A program made the position numbers and the translations under genes. The notes beneath the pieces were generated by a model that saw only the letters and a program-made list of their open reading frames with translations, had not been told where the DNA came from and searched no databases. This document shows, one piece after another, positions 43,801-58,420 of a DNA stretch of 64,000 nucleotides; position 1 is the first letter of the stretch; every line of letters begins with the position of its first letter. The DNA is from the human T2T-CHM13v2.0 reference genome, Homo sapiens, in assembly GCF_009914755.1 (NCBI RefSeq), contig NC_060934.1. One strand, given 5' to 3'.

Positions 43801-46800
43801 CTCGAGTTGATTCCATTCCATTCTATTCCATTCCATTCCATTCCACTCGTGTTTAGTCCAGTCCATTCCATTCCATTCCATTCCACTCCGGTTGATTCCA
43901 TTCCATTCCATTCCATTCCATTGCATTCCTTTCCATTCCATTCCATTCCATTCCATTCCATTCCATTCCATTCCATTCCATTGCATTCCACTCGGGTTGA
44001 TTTCACTCCATTCCATTCCATTCCATGTCGTTACATTCTATTGCATTCCATTCCACTCGGGTTGATTCCACTCCATTTCATTCCATTCTATGCCGTTCCA
44101 TTCCATTCCATTCCATTCCATTCCATTCCATTCATTTCAATTCCTTTCCATTCCATTCCACTCTGGATGATTCCATTCCATTCCATTCCATTCCATGCAA
44201 TTCCATTGTCTTGCATTCCACTCGCGTTGCTTCCTTTCCATTCCATTCCATTAGTTTCCATTCCATTCCATTCCATTCATTCCATTCCATTCCATTCCAT
44301 TACACTGAGGTTGATTCTGTTCAATTCCATTCCAATCCATTCAATTCCATTCCATTCTAGTTGATTCCATTGCATTCCATGCCATTCCATTCCATTCCAT
44401 TCTATTCCAATGCATTCCATTAGGGTTGATTTCATTCCATTCCATTTCATTCCATTCCATTGCATTCTACTCGGGTTAATTCCATTCCATTCCATTCCAT
44501 TCCATTCCATTCCATTCCATTCCATTCCCTTCCATTCCATTTCATTCCTTTCAAGTTGATTCCATTCCCTTCCATTGCATTCCATTCCATTCCAATCGGG
44601 TTGATTTACTTCCATTCCATTCCATTCCATTCCATTCCATTCCATTCCATTCCATTCCATTCTAGTCTATTCCATTCCATTCCATTTCATTCCATTCCAT
44701 TCCATTCCATTCCATTCCATTCCATTCCTGTCCATTCCATTCCATTTCATTCCATTCCTTTCCATTCCATTCTTTTCCACTCGTGTTGATTCCATTCCAT
44801 TCTCTTCCATTCCATTCCATTCCATTCCATTCCATTCCATTCCATTCCACTCGTGTTCATTTCATTCCATTCCGTTCCGTTTCATTCCATTGCATTCCAT
44901 TCCATTCCATTGCACTCGGGTTGATTCCATTCCATTCCATTCCATTCTACTGGTGTTTATTCCATTCCATTCCATTGCATTCCATTGCATTCGATTCCAT
45001 TGCATTCCATTCCACTCGTGTTGACTTCATTCCATACCATTGCATTCCATTGCATTCCATTCCTTTCCATTCCATTCCCTTCCTTTCCATTCCACTCGAG
45101 TTGTTTACATTCCATTCCATTCCATTCCATTCCATTCCATTGCATTCAATTCCATTCCATTGCATTCCGTCCATTCCATTTCACTCTATTCCCTTCCATA
45201 CCCTTTCACTCCATTCCCTTCCATTCCATTGGAATCGGATTCTTTCCATTCCATTCCATTCCATTCCATTTCATTCCATTCCATTCCATTCTATTCCATT
45301 CCATTCCATTCCATTGCCTTCCATTCCACTCCATTCCATTCCATTCCATTCCATTGCATTCCATTCCACTCGGGTTGTTTCCTTTCCATTCCATTCCATT
45401 TGTTTCCATTGCATTCCAATCCATTCATTCCTTTCCATTCCATTCCATTACAATGAGGTTGATTCTGTTCAATTCCATTCCAATCCATTCATTGCCATTC
45501 CATTCTAGTTGATTCCATTGCATTCAATGCCATTCCATTCCATTCCATTCTATTCCAATGCATTCCATTAGGGTGGATTTCATTCCATTCCATTTCATTC
45601 CATTCCATTGCATTCTACTCGGGTTAATTCCATTCCATTCCATTCCATTCCATTCCATTCCATTCCATTCCTGTCCATTCCATTCCATTCAATTCCATTC
45701 CATTCCATTCCATTCCATTCCATTCCATTCCTTTCCATTCCATTCCTTTCCACTCCGGTTGATTCCATTCCATTCCATTCCATTCCAAGGCATTCCTTTC
45801 CACTCCATTCAATTCCTTTCCATTCTACTCGGGTTGATTCCATTCCATTCCATTCCATTCCATTCCATTGCATTGCATTCCACTCAGGTTGTTTTCACTC
45901 CATTCCATTCCATTCCATTGCATTGCATTCCACTCAGGTTGTTTTCACTCCATTCCATTCCATTCCATGTCGTTACATTCCATTCCATTCCATTCCACTC
46001 GGGTTGATTCCACTCCATTTCATTCCATTCCATGCCGTTCCGTTCCATTCCATTCCATTCCACTCCATTCCATTCCATTCCATTCCATTCCATTCCAATC
46101 ATTTCAATTCCTTTCCATTCCATTCCACTCTGGTTGATTCCATTCCATTCCATTCCATTCCATTCCATTCCATTCTATATCATAACATTGCACTCGAATT
46201 GATTCCATTCTATTCCATTCCATTCCATTCCATTCCATTCTACTCGGGTTGATTCCACTCCATTCCATTCCATTCCATTCCATTCCATTCATTTCAATTC
46301 CTTTCCATTCCATTCCACTCTGGTTGATTCCATTCCATTCCATTCCATTCCATTCCATTCCATTCCATTCCATTGCATTCCACTCTGGTTGATTTCACTC
46401 CATTCCATTCCATTCCATGTCGTTACATTCCATTCCATTCCATTCCACTCGGGTTGATTCCACTCCATTTCATTCCATTCCATGCCGTTCCATTCCATTC
46501 CATTCCATTCCATTCCATTCCATTCCATTCCATTCCATTCATTTCAATTCCTTCCCATTCCATTCCACTCTGGTTGATTCCATTCCATTCCATTCCATTC
46601 CATTCCATTCCATTCCATTCTATACCATTACATTGCACTCGAATTGATTCCATTCTATTCCATTCCATTCCATTCCATTCCATTCTACTCGGGTTGATTC
46701 ACCATTCAATTCCATTCCATTCCATTCCATTCCAGTCCATTCCATTCCAGTCCATTCCATTCCATTCCATTCCACTCGGGTTGATTTCACTCCATTCCAT

Positions 46801-49800
46801 TCCATTCCATGCCGTAACATTCTATTCCACTCCATTCCACTCGGGTTGATTCCACTCCATTCCATTCCATTCCATGCCGTTCCATTCCATTCCATTCCAT
46901 TCCATTCCATTCCATTCCACTCGGTTTGATTCCACTCCATTCCAATCCATTCCATGTCGTTACAGTCCATTCCATTCCATTGCACTCGGGTTGATTGCAT
47001 TCCATTCCATTCCATTCCATTGCATTCCATTCCATTCCAATCCATTCCATGTCGTTACAGTCCATTCCATTCCATTGCACTCGGGTTGATTGCATTCCAT
47101 TCCATTCCATTCCATTGCATTCCATTCCATTCCACCCGGATTGATTCCATTCCATTCCATTATAATCCATTCCATTCCATTCCATTCCACTGGGGTTGAT
47201 TCCATTCCATTCCATTCCATTCCATTCCATTCCATTCTATTCCATTCCATTCCATTCCATTCCATTCCACTCGGGTTGACTCCATTCCATAACATTGCAT
47301 TACATTGCATTCCATTCCTTTCCTTTCGATTCCATTCCTTTCCATTCCATTCCTTTCCACTAGAGTTGATTCCATTCCATTCTATTCCATTCCATTCCAT
47401 TCCACTCGTGTTTAGTTCAGTCCATTCCATTCCATTCCATTCCACTCCGGTTGATTCCATTCCATTCCATTCCCTTCCATTGCATTCTTTTCCATTCCAT
47501 TCCATTCCATTCCATTGCATTCCTTTCCATTCCATTCCATTCCATTCCATTCCATTGCTTTCCACTCGGGTTGATTTCACTCCATTCCATTCCATTCCAT
47601 GTCGTTACATTCCATTGCATTCCATTCCACCTGGGTTGATTCCACTCCATTTCATTCCATTCTATGCCGTTCCATTCCATTCCATTCCATTCCATTCCAT
47701 TCCATTCATTTCAATTCCTTTCCATTCCATTCCACTCTGGATGATTCCATTCCATTCCATTCCATTCCATGCCATTCCGTTGTCTTGCATTCCACTCGCG
47801 TTGCTTCCTTTCCATTCCATTCCATTAGTTTCCATTCCATTCCATTCCATTCATTCCATTCCATTCCATTCCATTACACTGAGGTTGATTCTGTTCAATT
47901 CCATTCCAATCCATTCAATTCCATTCCATTCTAGTTGATTCCATTGCATTCCATGCCATTCCATTCCATTCCATTCTATTCCAATGCATTCCATTAGGGT
48001 TGATTTCATTCCATTCCATTTCATTCCATTCCATTGCATTCTACTCGGGTTAATTCCATTCCATTCCATTCCATTCCATTCCATTCCATTCCATTCCATT
48101 CCATTCCATTTCATTCCATTCCATTCCCTTCCATTCCATTTCATTCCTTTCCAGTTGATTCCATTCCCTTCCATTGCATTCCATTCCATTCCAATCTGGT
48201 TGATTTACTTCCATTCCATTCCATTCCATTCCATTCCATTCTAGTCTATTCCATTCCATTCCATTCCATTCCTGTCCATTCCATTCCATTTCATTCCATT
48301 CCTTTCCATTCCATTCTTTTCCACTCGGGTTGATTCCATTCCATTCTCTTCCATTCCATTCCATTCCATTCCATTCCATTCCATTCCATTCCACTCGTGT
48401 TCATTTCATTCCATTCCGTTCCATTTCATTCCATTCCATTCCATTCCATTCCATTCTATTCCATTCCATTCCATTCCATTGCACTCGGGTTGATTCCATT
48501 CCATTCCATTCCATTCCATTCCACTGGTGTTTATTCCATTCCATTCCATTGCATTCCATTGCATTCGATTCCATTGCATTCCATTCCACTCGTGTTGACT
48601 TCATTCCATACCATTGCATTCCATTGCATTCCATTCCTATCCATTCCATTCCCTTCCTTTCCATTCCACTCGAGTTGTTTCCATTCCATTCCATTCCATT
48701 CCATTCCATTCCATTCCATTGCATTCAATTCCATTCCATTCCATTCCGTCCATACCATTTCACTCTATTCCCTTCCATTCCCTTTCACTCCATTCCCTTC
48801 CATTCCATTGGAATAGGATTCTTTCCATTCCATTCCATACCATTCCATTTCATTCCATTCCATTCCATTCCATTCCATTCCATTCCATTCCATTGCCTTC
48901 CATTCCACTCGGGTTGTTTCCTTTCCATTCCATTCCATTAGTTTCCATTGCATTCCAATCCATTCATTCCTTTCCATTCCATTCCATTACACTGAGGTTG
49001 ATTCTGTTCAATTCCATTCCAATCCATTCATTGCCATTCCATTCTAGTTGATTCCATTGCATTCAATGCCATTCCATTCCATTCCATTCTATTCCAATGC
49101 ATTCCATTAGGGTTGATTTCATTCCATTCCATTTCATTCCATTCCATTGCATTCTACTCGGGTTAATTCCATTCCATTCCATTCCATTCCATTCCATTTC
49201 CTTCCTTTCCAGTTGATTCCATTCCCTTCCATTCCATTCCATTCCATTCCAATCGGGTTGATTTCCTTCCATTTCATTCCATTCTAGTCCATTCCATTCC
49301 ATTCCATTCCATTCCCTTCCATTCTAGTCCATTTCATTCTATTCCATTCCATTCCGTTCCATTCCATTCCATTCCTGTCCATTCCATTCCATTCCATTCC
49401 ATTCCATTCCATTCCTTTCCATTCCATTCCTTTCCACTCGGGTTGATTCCATTCCATTCTCTTCCATTCCATTCCATTCCATTCCATTCCATTCCATTCC
49501 ACTCGTGTTCATTTCATTCCATTCCATTCCATTGCATTCCATTCCACTGGTGTTTATTCCATTCCACTCCATTCCTTTGCATTCCATTCCATTCCATTTC
49601 ATTCCATTCCATTCCATTCCATTCCACTCAGGTTGACTCCATTCCATACCATTGCATTACATTGCATCCCATTCCTTTCCTTTCGATTCCATTCCTTTCC
49701 ATTCCATTTCTTTCCACTCGAGTTGATTCCATTCCATTCTATTCCATTCCATTCCATTCCACTCGTCTTTATTCCAGTCCATTCCATTCCATTCCATTCC

Positions 49801-52575
49801 ACTCCGGTTGATTCCATTCCATTCCATTCCATTCCAAGGCATTCCTTTCCACTCCATTCCATTCCTTTCCATTCTACTCGGGTTGATTCCATTCCATTCC
49901 ATTCCATTCCATTCCATTGCATTGCATTCCACTCAGGTTGTTTTCACTCCATTCCATTCCAATCCATGTCGTTACATTCCATTCCATTCCATTCCACTCG
50001 TGTTGATTCCACTCCATTTCATTCCATTCCATGCCGTTCCGTTCCATTCCATTCCATTCCACTCCATTCCATTCCATTCCATTCCATTCCATTCATTTCA
50101 ATTCCTTTCCATTCCATTCCACTCTGGTTGATTCCATTCCATTCCATTCCATTCCATTCCATTCCATTCTATACCATAACATTGCACTCGAATTGATTCC
50201 ATTCTATTCCATTCCATTCCATTCCATTCCATTCTACTCGGGTTGATTCCATTCCATTCCATTCCATTCCATTCCATTCCATTCCATTCATTTCAATTCC
50301 TTTCCATTCCATTCCACTCTGGTTGATTCCATTCCATTCCATTCCATTCCATTGCATTCCACTCGGGTTGATTTCACTCCATTCCATTCCATTCCATGTC
50401 GTTACATTCCATTCCATTCCATTCCACTCGGGTTGATTCCACTCCATTTCATTCCATTCCATGCCGTTCCATTCCATTCCATTCCATTCCATTCATTTCA
50501 ATTCCTTCCCATTCCATTCCACCCTGGTTGATTCCATTCCATTCCATTCCATTCCATTCCATTCCATTCCATTCCATTCCATTCTATACCATTACATTGC
50601 ACTCGAATTGATTCCATTCTATTCCATTCCATTCCATTCCATTCCATTCTACTCGGGTTGATTCACCATTCCATTCCATTCCATTCCATTCCATTCCAGT
50701 CCATTCCATTCCAGTCCATTCCATTCCATTCCATTCCACTCGGGTTGATTTCACTCCATTCCATTCCATTCCATGCCGTAACATTCTATTCCACTCCATT
50801 CCACTCGGGTCGATTCCACTCCATTCCATTCCATTCCATGCCATTCCATTCCATTCCATTCCATTCCATTCCATTCCATTCCATTCCACTCGGTTTGATT
50901 CCACTCCATTCCAATCCATTCCATGTCGTTACAGTCCATTCCATTCCATTGCACTCGGGTTGATTGCATTCCATTCCATTCCATTCCATTGCATTCCATT
51001 CCTTTCCACCCGGATTGATTCCATTCCATTCCATTATAATCCATTCCATTCCATTCCATTCCACTGGGGTTGATTCCATTCCATTCCATTCCATTCCATT
51101 CCATTCCATTCCATTCCATTCCATTCCATTCCATTCCATTCCTTTCCGTTCCATTTGATTCCTTTCCAGTTGATTCCATTCCATTCCATTGCATTCCATT
51201 CAATTCCAGTCGGGTTGGTTTCATTCCATTCCATTCTAGTCCATTCCACTCCATTCCATTCCATTCCATTCCATTCCTGTTCATTCCATTCCATTCCATT
51301 CCATTCTAGTGGATTTCATTGCATTCCATGCCATTCCATTCCATTGCACTCTATTCCAATCCATTCCATTCGGGTTGATTTCTTTCCATTCCATTTCATT
51401 CCATTCCATTGCATTCCACTCGGGTTAATTCCGTTCCATTCCATTCCATTCCATTCCATTCCATTTCATTCCTTTCCATTCCATTCCATTCTATTCCTGT
51501 GCATTCCATTGCATTCCATTCCATTCCATTCCATTCCATTCCACTGTGTTTATTCCATTCCACTCCATTCCATTGCATTCCATTGCATTCCATTTCATTC
51601 TATTCCATTCCATTCCATTCCACTCGGGTTGACTCCATTCCATACCATTGCATTCCATTACATTCCATTCCTTTCCTTTCCATTCCATTCCTTTCCATTC
51701 CGTTCCTTTCCACTCGAGTTGATTCCATTCCACTCTATTCCATTCCATTCCATTCCATTCCTTCCATTCCATTCCATTCCTTTCCATTCCATTCCACTCA
51801 GGTTGATTCCATTCCATTCCATTCCATTCCATTGATTTCCACTCGGGTTGATTCCATTCCATTCCATTCCATTCCATTCCATTCCATTGCATTCCATTTC
51901 ATTCCTTTCCAGTTGATTCCATTCCATTCCTTTGCATTCCATTCCATTCCAATCGCGTTGATTTCATTCCATTCCATTCCATTCTAGTCCATTCCATTCC
52001 ATTCCATTCCATTCCATTCCATTCCATTCCATTCCATTCCTGTGCATTCCATTCCATTCCATTCCATTCCATTCCATTCCATTCCTGTCCATTCCATTCC
52101 ATTCCATTCCATTCCATTCCATTCCATTCCACTGGTGTTTATTCCATTCCACTCCATTCCATTGCATTCCATTCCACTGGTGTTTATTCCATTCCACTCC
52201 ATTCCTTTGCATTCCATTGCATTCCATTTCATTCCAATCAATTGCATTCCATTCCGCTCGGGTTGACTCCATTCCATACCATTGCATTCCATTGCATTCC
52301 ATTCCATTGCATTCCTTTCCTTTCCTTTCCATTCCATTCCTTTCCAATCGAGTTGATTCCATTCCATTCAATTCCATTCCATTCCATTCCATTCCACTCG
52401 TGTTTATTCCAGTCCATTCCATTCCATTCCATTCCACTCCGGTTGATTCCATTCCATTCCATTCCATTCCATTCCATTGCATTCCTTTCCACTCCATTCC
52501 ATTCCATTCCATTCTACTCGGGTTGATTCCATTCCACTCTATTCCATTCCATTCCATTCCATTCCTTCCATTCCA
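30609..52575 (+). repeat. ~30.6-kb higher-order repeat unit, copy 2 (partial, ~22 kb)
   Basis: Collinear and near-identical to 1-~22,075, with the offset drifting from 30,608 to 30,503. Near-identity stops after ...CCACTCTATTCC...ATTCCTTCCATTCCATTCCA (~22,075 vs ~52,575). Confidence 0.93.
36904..36998 (+). repeat. Second, identical copy of (CATTA)6(CGTTA)7(CATTA)6
   Basis: Read directly. Offset is 30,603 from the first copy. Confidence 0.97.
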
Positions 52576-53310
52576 TTCCATTCCTTTCCATTCCATTCCA
52601 CTCAGGTTGATTCCATTCCATTCCATTCCATTCCATTGATTTCCACTCGGGTTGATTACATTCCATTCCATTCCATTCCATTCCATTCCATTTCATTCCT
52701 TTCCAGTTGATTCCATTCCATTCCATTGCATTCCATTCCATTCCAATCGGGTTGATTTCATTCCATTCCATTCCATTCTAGTCCATTCCATTCCATTCCA
52801 TTCCATTCCATTCCATTCCATTCCATTCCTGTGCATTCCATTCCATTCCATTCCATTCCATTCCATTCCATTCCATTCCTGTCCATTCCATTCCATTCCA
52901 TTCCATTCCATTCCACTGGTGTTTATTCCATTCCACTCCATTCCATTGCATTCCATTCCACTGGTGTTTATTCCATTCCACTCCATTCCTTTGCATTCCA
53001 TTGCATTCCATTTCATTCCAATCAATTGCATTCCATTCCGCTCGGGTAGACTCCATTCCATACCATTGCATTCCATTGCATTCCATTCCATTGCATTCCT
53101 TTCCTTTCCTTTCCATTCCATTCCTTTCCAATCGAGTTGATTCCATTCCATTCAATTCCATTCCATTCCATTCCATTCCACTCGTGTTTATTCCAGTCCA
53201 TTCCGTTCCATTCCATTCCACTCCGGTTGATTCCATTCCATTCCATTCCATTCCATTCCATTGCATTCCTTTCCACTCCATTCCATTCCATTCCATTCTA
53301 CTCGGGTTGA
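51721..53310 (+). repeat. Local tandem ~0.8-kb duplication at the end of higher-order copy 2
   Basis: GATTCCATTCCACTCTATT...CCTTCC...CTCAGGTTG...CCATTGATTTCC starts at 51,721 and again at 52,525. CCAATCAATTGC and CCGCTCGGG occur in both units (ORF pair 52217/53001). Confidence 0.85.
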
Positions 53311-53479
53311 TTCCATTCCATTCGATCCCATTCCATTCCATTCGATTCCATTCCATTCCATTCCAGTCCATTCCATTCCATTCCATTCCTCTCGGGTTGA
53401 TTTCACTACATTCCATTCCATTGCATTCCATGCTGTAACATTCTATTCCACTCCATTCCACTCGGGTTGATTCCAGTCT

Positions 53480-56400
53480 ATTCCATTCCATTCCACTCGG
53501 TTTGATTCCACTCCATTCCAATCCATTCCATGCCGTTACAGTCCATTCCATTCCATTGCACTCGGGTTGATTCCATTCCATTCCATTCCATTCCATTCTA
53601 TTCTATTCCATTCCACCCGGATTGATTCCATTCCATTCCAGTATAATCCATTCCATTCCATTCCATTCCACTGGGGTTGATTCCATTCCATTCCATTCTA
53701 TTACATTCCATTCCATTCCATTCCATTCCGTTCCATTTGATTCCTTTCCAGTTGATTCCATTCCATTCCATTGCATTCCATTCAATTCCTGTCGGGTTGA
53801 TTTCATTCCATTCCATTCCATTCTAGTCAATTCCACTCCATTCCATTCCATTCCATTCCATTCCTGTTCATTCCATTCCATTCCATTCCATTCTAGTGGA
53901 TTTCATTGCATTCCTTGCCATTCCATTCCATTCCACTCTATTCCAATCCATTCCATTCGGGTTGATTTCTTTCCATTCCATTTCATTCCATTCCATTGCA
54001 TTCCACTCGGGTTAATTCCATTCCATTCCATTCCATTCTATTCCTGTGCATTCCATTGCATTCCATTCCATTCCATTCCATTCCACTGGTGTTTATTCCA
54101 TTCCACTCCATTCCATTGCATTCCATTCCATTCCATTTCATTCTATTCCATTCCATTCCATTCCACTCGGGTTGACTCCATTCCATACCATTGCATTCCA
54201 TTCCATTCCATTCCTTTCTTCTCCATTCCATTCCTTTCCATTCCGTTCCTTTCCACTCGAGTTGATTCCATTCCACTATATTCCATTCCATTCCATTCCA
54301 TTCCATTCCATTCCATTCCATTCCATTCCATTCCACTTGGGTTGATTCCATTCCATTCCATTACATTCCAGTCCTTTCCATTCCATTACTTTCCACTCAG
54401 TTTGTTTCCATTACATTGAATTCCATTCTGTTCCATTCCATTCCATTGCATTCCATTCCACTCGGGTTGTTTCCTTTCCATTCTATTCCTTTAGTTTCCA
54501 TTCCATTCCATTCCATTCCATTCCATTCACTCTATTCCATTCCATTCCATTCTACTCAGGTTGATTCCGTTCGATTCCGTTCCAATCCATTCCCTTCCAT
54601 TCCATTCTGGTTGATTCCATTGCATTCCATGCCGTTCCATTCCATTCCACTCCATTCCAATCCGTTCCACTCGGGTTGATTCCATTCCATTCCATTCCAT
54701 TTCTTTCCATTCCATTCCACTCCATTCCATTCCACTCGGATTGACTCCATTCCATACCATTGCATTCCATTGCATTCCATTCCATTCCACTGGTGTTTAT
54801 TCCATTCCACTCCATTCCATTTCATTCCATTCCATTCCATTTCATTCCATTCAATTCCATTCCATTCCCCTCGGGTTGACTCCATTCCATACCATTGCAT
54901 TCCATTGCATTCCATTCTTTCCATTCCATTCCATTGCTTTCCATTTCATTCCTTTCCACTCGGGTTGATTCCATTCCATTCTCTTCCTTTCCATTCCATT
55001 CCATTCCATTCCGTTCCATTGCACTCGGGTTGATTCCATTCCATTCCATTCCATTCCGTTCCATTCCATTGCATTCCATTCCATACCATTCCATTCCTCT
55101 CGGGTTGATTCCATTCCATTCCATTCCAGTCCATTCCACTGGGGTTGATTCCATTCCATTCGTTTCCATTCCATTCCATTCCATTCCATTGCACTCGGGT
55201 TGAATCCATTCCATTCCATTCCATTCCATTCCATTCCACCCGGATTGATTCCATTCCATTCCATTATAATCCATTCCATTCCATTCCATTACACTGGGGT
55301 TGATTCCATTCCATTCCATTCCATTCCATTCTATTCCATTCCATTCCATTCCATTCCGTTCCATTTGATGCCTTTCCAGTTAATTCCAGTCCATTCCATT
55401 GCAATCCATTTAATTCCAGTCGGGTTGATTTCATACCATTCCATTCCATTCTAGTCCATTCCACTCCATTCCATTCCATTCCATTCCATTCCTGTTCATT
55501 CCATTCCATTCCATTCCATTCTAGTGGATTTCATTGCATTCCATGCCATTCCATTCCATTCCACTCTATTCCAATCCATTCCATTCGGGTTGATTTCTTT
55601 CCATTCCATTTCATTCCATTCCATTGCATTCCACTCTGGTTAATTCCATTCCATTCCATTCCATTCCATTTCATTCCTTTCCTTTCCATTCCATTCTATT
55701 CCTGTGCATTCCATTGCATTCCATTCCATTCCATTCCATTCCATTCCACTGGTGTTTATTCCATTCCACTCCATTCCATTGCATGCCATTCCATTCCATT
55801 TCATTCTATTCCATTCCATTCCATTCCACTCGGGTGACTCCATTCCATACCATTGCATTCCATTATATTCCATTCCTTTCCTTTCCATTCCATTCCTTTC
55901 CATTCCGTTCCTTTCCACTCGAGTTGATTCCATTCCACTCTATTCCATTCCATTCCATTCCATTCCTTTCCATTCCATTCCACTCCATTCCACTCGGGTT
56001 GATTCCATTCCATTCCATTCCATTCCATTCCATTCTACTCGGGTACATTCCATTTCGTTCCGTTCCATTCCATTCCATTCCATTCCATTCATTTCCTTTC
56101 CATTCCATTCCACTCCACTCGGGTTGATTCCATTCCATTCCATACCATTCCATTCCATTCCATTAAATTCCATTCCATTCCAGTTCATTCCATTCCTTTA
56201 CATTCCATTCCTTTCCCTTCCATTCCATTCCATTCCATTCCATTCCATTCCTTTGCATTGTAATCGGGTTGATTCCAATCCATTCCATTACATTCCAGTC
56301 CTTTCCATTCCATTACATTCCACTCGGTTTGTTTCCATTACATTGAATTCCATTCCGTTCCATTCCATTCCATTGCATTCCATTGCATTCCATTCCACAC

Positions 56401-58420
56401 GGGTTGTTTCCTTTCCATTCCATTCCTTTAGTTTCCATTCCATTCCATTCCATTCCATTCCATTCCATTCCATTCACTCTATTCCATTCCATTCCATTCT
56501 ATTCAGGTTGATTCCATTCGATTCCATTCCAATCCATTCCCTTCCATTCCATTCTAGTTGATTCCATTGCATTCCATGCCGTTCCATTCCATTCCACTCC
56601 ATTCCTATCCGTTCCACTCGGGTTGATTCCATTCCATTCCATTCCATTCCATTGCATTCCACACGGGTTGATTCCATTCCATTCCATTCCATTTCATTCC
56701 TTTCCAGTTGATTCCATTCCATTCCATTGCATTCCATTCCATTCCAATCGGGTTGATTTCATTCCATTCCATTCCATTCTAGTCCATTCCATTCCATTCA
56801 ATTCCATTCCATTCCATTCCACTCCATTCCACTGGTGTTTATTCCATTCCATTCCATTCCATTCCCGTCCATTCCATTCCATTCCATTCCACTGGTGTTT
56901 ATTCCATTCCACTCCATTCCATTGCATTCCATTCCACTGGTGTTTATTCCATTCCACCCCATTCCTTTGCATTCCATTGAATTCCATTTCATGTCATTCC
57001 ATTGCATTCCATTCCACTCGGGTTGACTCCATTCCATACCATTGCATTCTATTGCATTCCATTCCTTTCCTTTCCATTCCATTCCTTTCCATTCCATTCC
57101 TTTCCACTCGAGTTGATTCCATTCCATTCTATTCCATTCCATTCCATTCCATTCCACTCTTGTTTATTCCAGTCCATTCCATTCCATTCCATTCCACTCC
57201 GGTTGATTCCATTCCATTCCATTCCATTCCATTGCATTCCATTCCATTCCATTGCACTCGGGTTGATTCCATTCCATTCCATTCCATTCCATTCCATTCC
57301 ATTCCATTCCATTCCACTCGGGTTGATTCCATTCCATTCCATTCCAGTCCACTCCACTCGGGTTGATTCCATTCCATTCGTTTCCATTCCATTCCATTCC
57401 ATTCCATTCCACTCGGATTGATTCCACTCCATTCCAATCTATTCCATGCCGTTACAGTCCATTCCATTCCATTCCACTCGGGTTGATTCCATTCCATTCC
57501 ATTCCATTCCATTCTATTCTATTCCATTCCACCCGGATTGATTCCATTCCATTCCATTATAATCCATTCCATTCCATTCCATTCCACTGGGGTTGATTCC
57601 ATTCCATTCCATTCTATTACATTCCATTCCATTCCATTCCATTCCGTTCCATTTGATTCCTTTCCAGTTGATTCCATTCCATTCCATTGCATTCCATTCA
57701 ATTCCTGTCGGGTTGATTTCATTCCATTCCATTCCATTCTAGTCAATTCCACTCCATTCCATTCCATTCCATTCCATTCCTGTTCATTCCATTCCATTCC
57801 ACTCCATTCTAGTGGATTTCATTGCATTCCATGCCATTCCATTCCATTCCACTCTATTCCAATCCATTCCATTCGGGTTGATTTCTTTCCATTCCATTTC
57901 ATTCCATTCCATTGCATTCCACTCGGGTTAATTCCATTCCATTCCATTCCATTCTATTCCTGTGCATTCCATTGCATTCCATTCCATTCCATTCCATTCC
58001 ACTGGTGTTTATTCCATTCCACTCCATTCCATTGCATTCCATTCCATTCCATTTCATTCTATTCCATTCCATTCCATTCCACTCGGGTTGACTCCATTCC
58101 ATACCATTGCATTCCATTCCATTCCATTCCTTTCTTCTCCATTCCATTCCTTTCCATTCCGTTCCTTTCCACTCGAGTTGATTCCATTCCACTATATTCC
58201 ATTCCATTCCATTCCATTCCATTCCATTCCATTCCATTCCATTCCACTCGGGTTGATTCCATTCCATTCCATTACATTCCAGTCCTTTCCATTCCATTAC
58301 TTTCCACTCGGTTTGTTTCCATTACATTGAATTCCATTCTGTTCCATTCCATTCCATTGCATTCCATTGCATTCCATTCCACTCGGGTTCTTTCCTTTCC
58401 ATTCCATTCCTTTAGTTTCC
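53480..58420 (+). repeat. ~1-kb block present twice, 3,916 bp apart (~53,480-54,500 and ~57,400-58,420)
   Basis: Private markers CCTGTCGGG, CTAGTCAATTCC and CCTTTCTTCTCC occur in both blocks. ORF pairs 53598/57514, 53622/57538, 53983/57899 and 54046/57962 all have offset 3,916. Confidence 0.85.
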
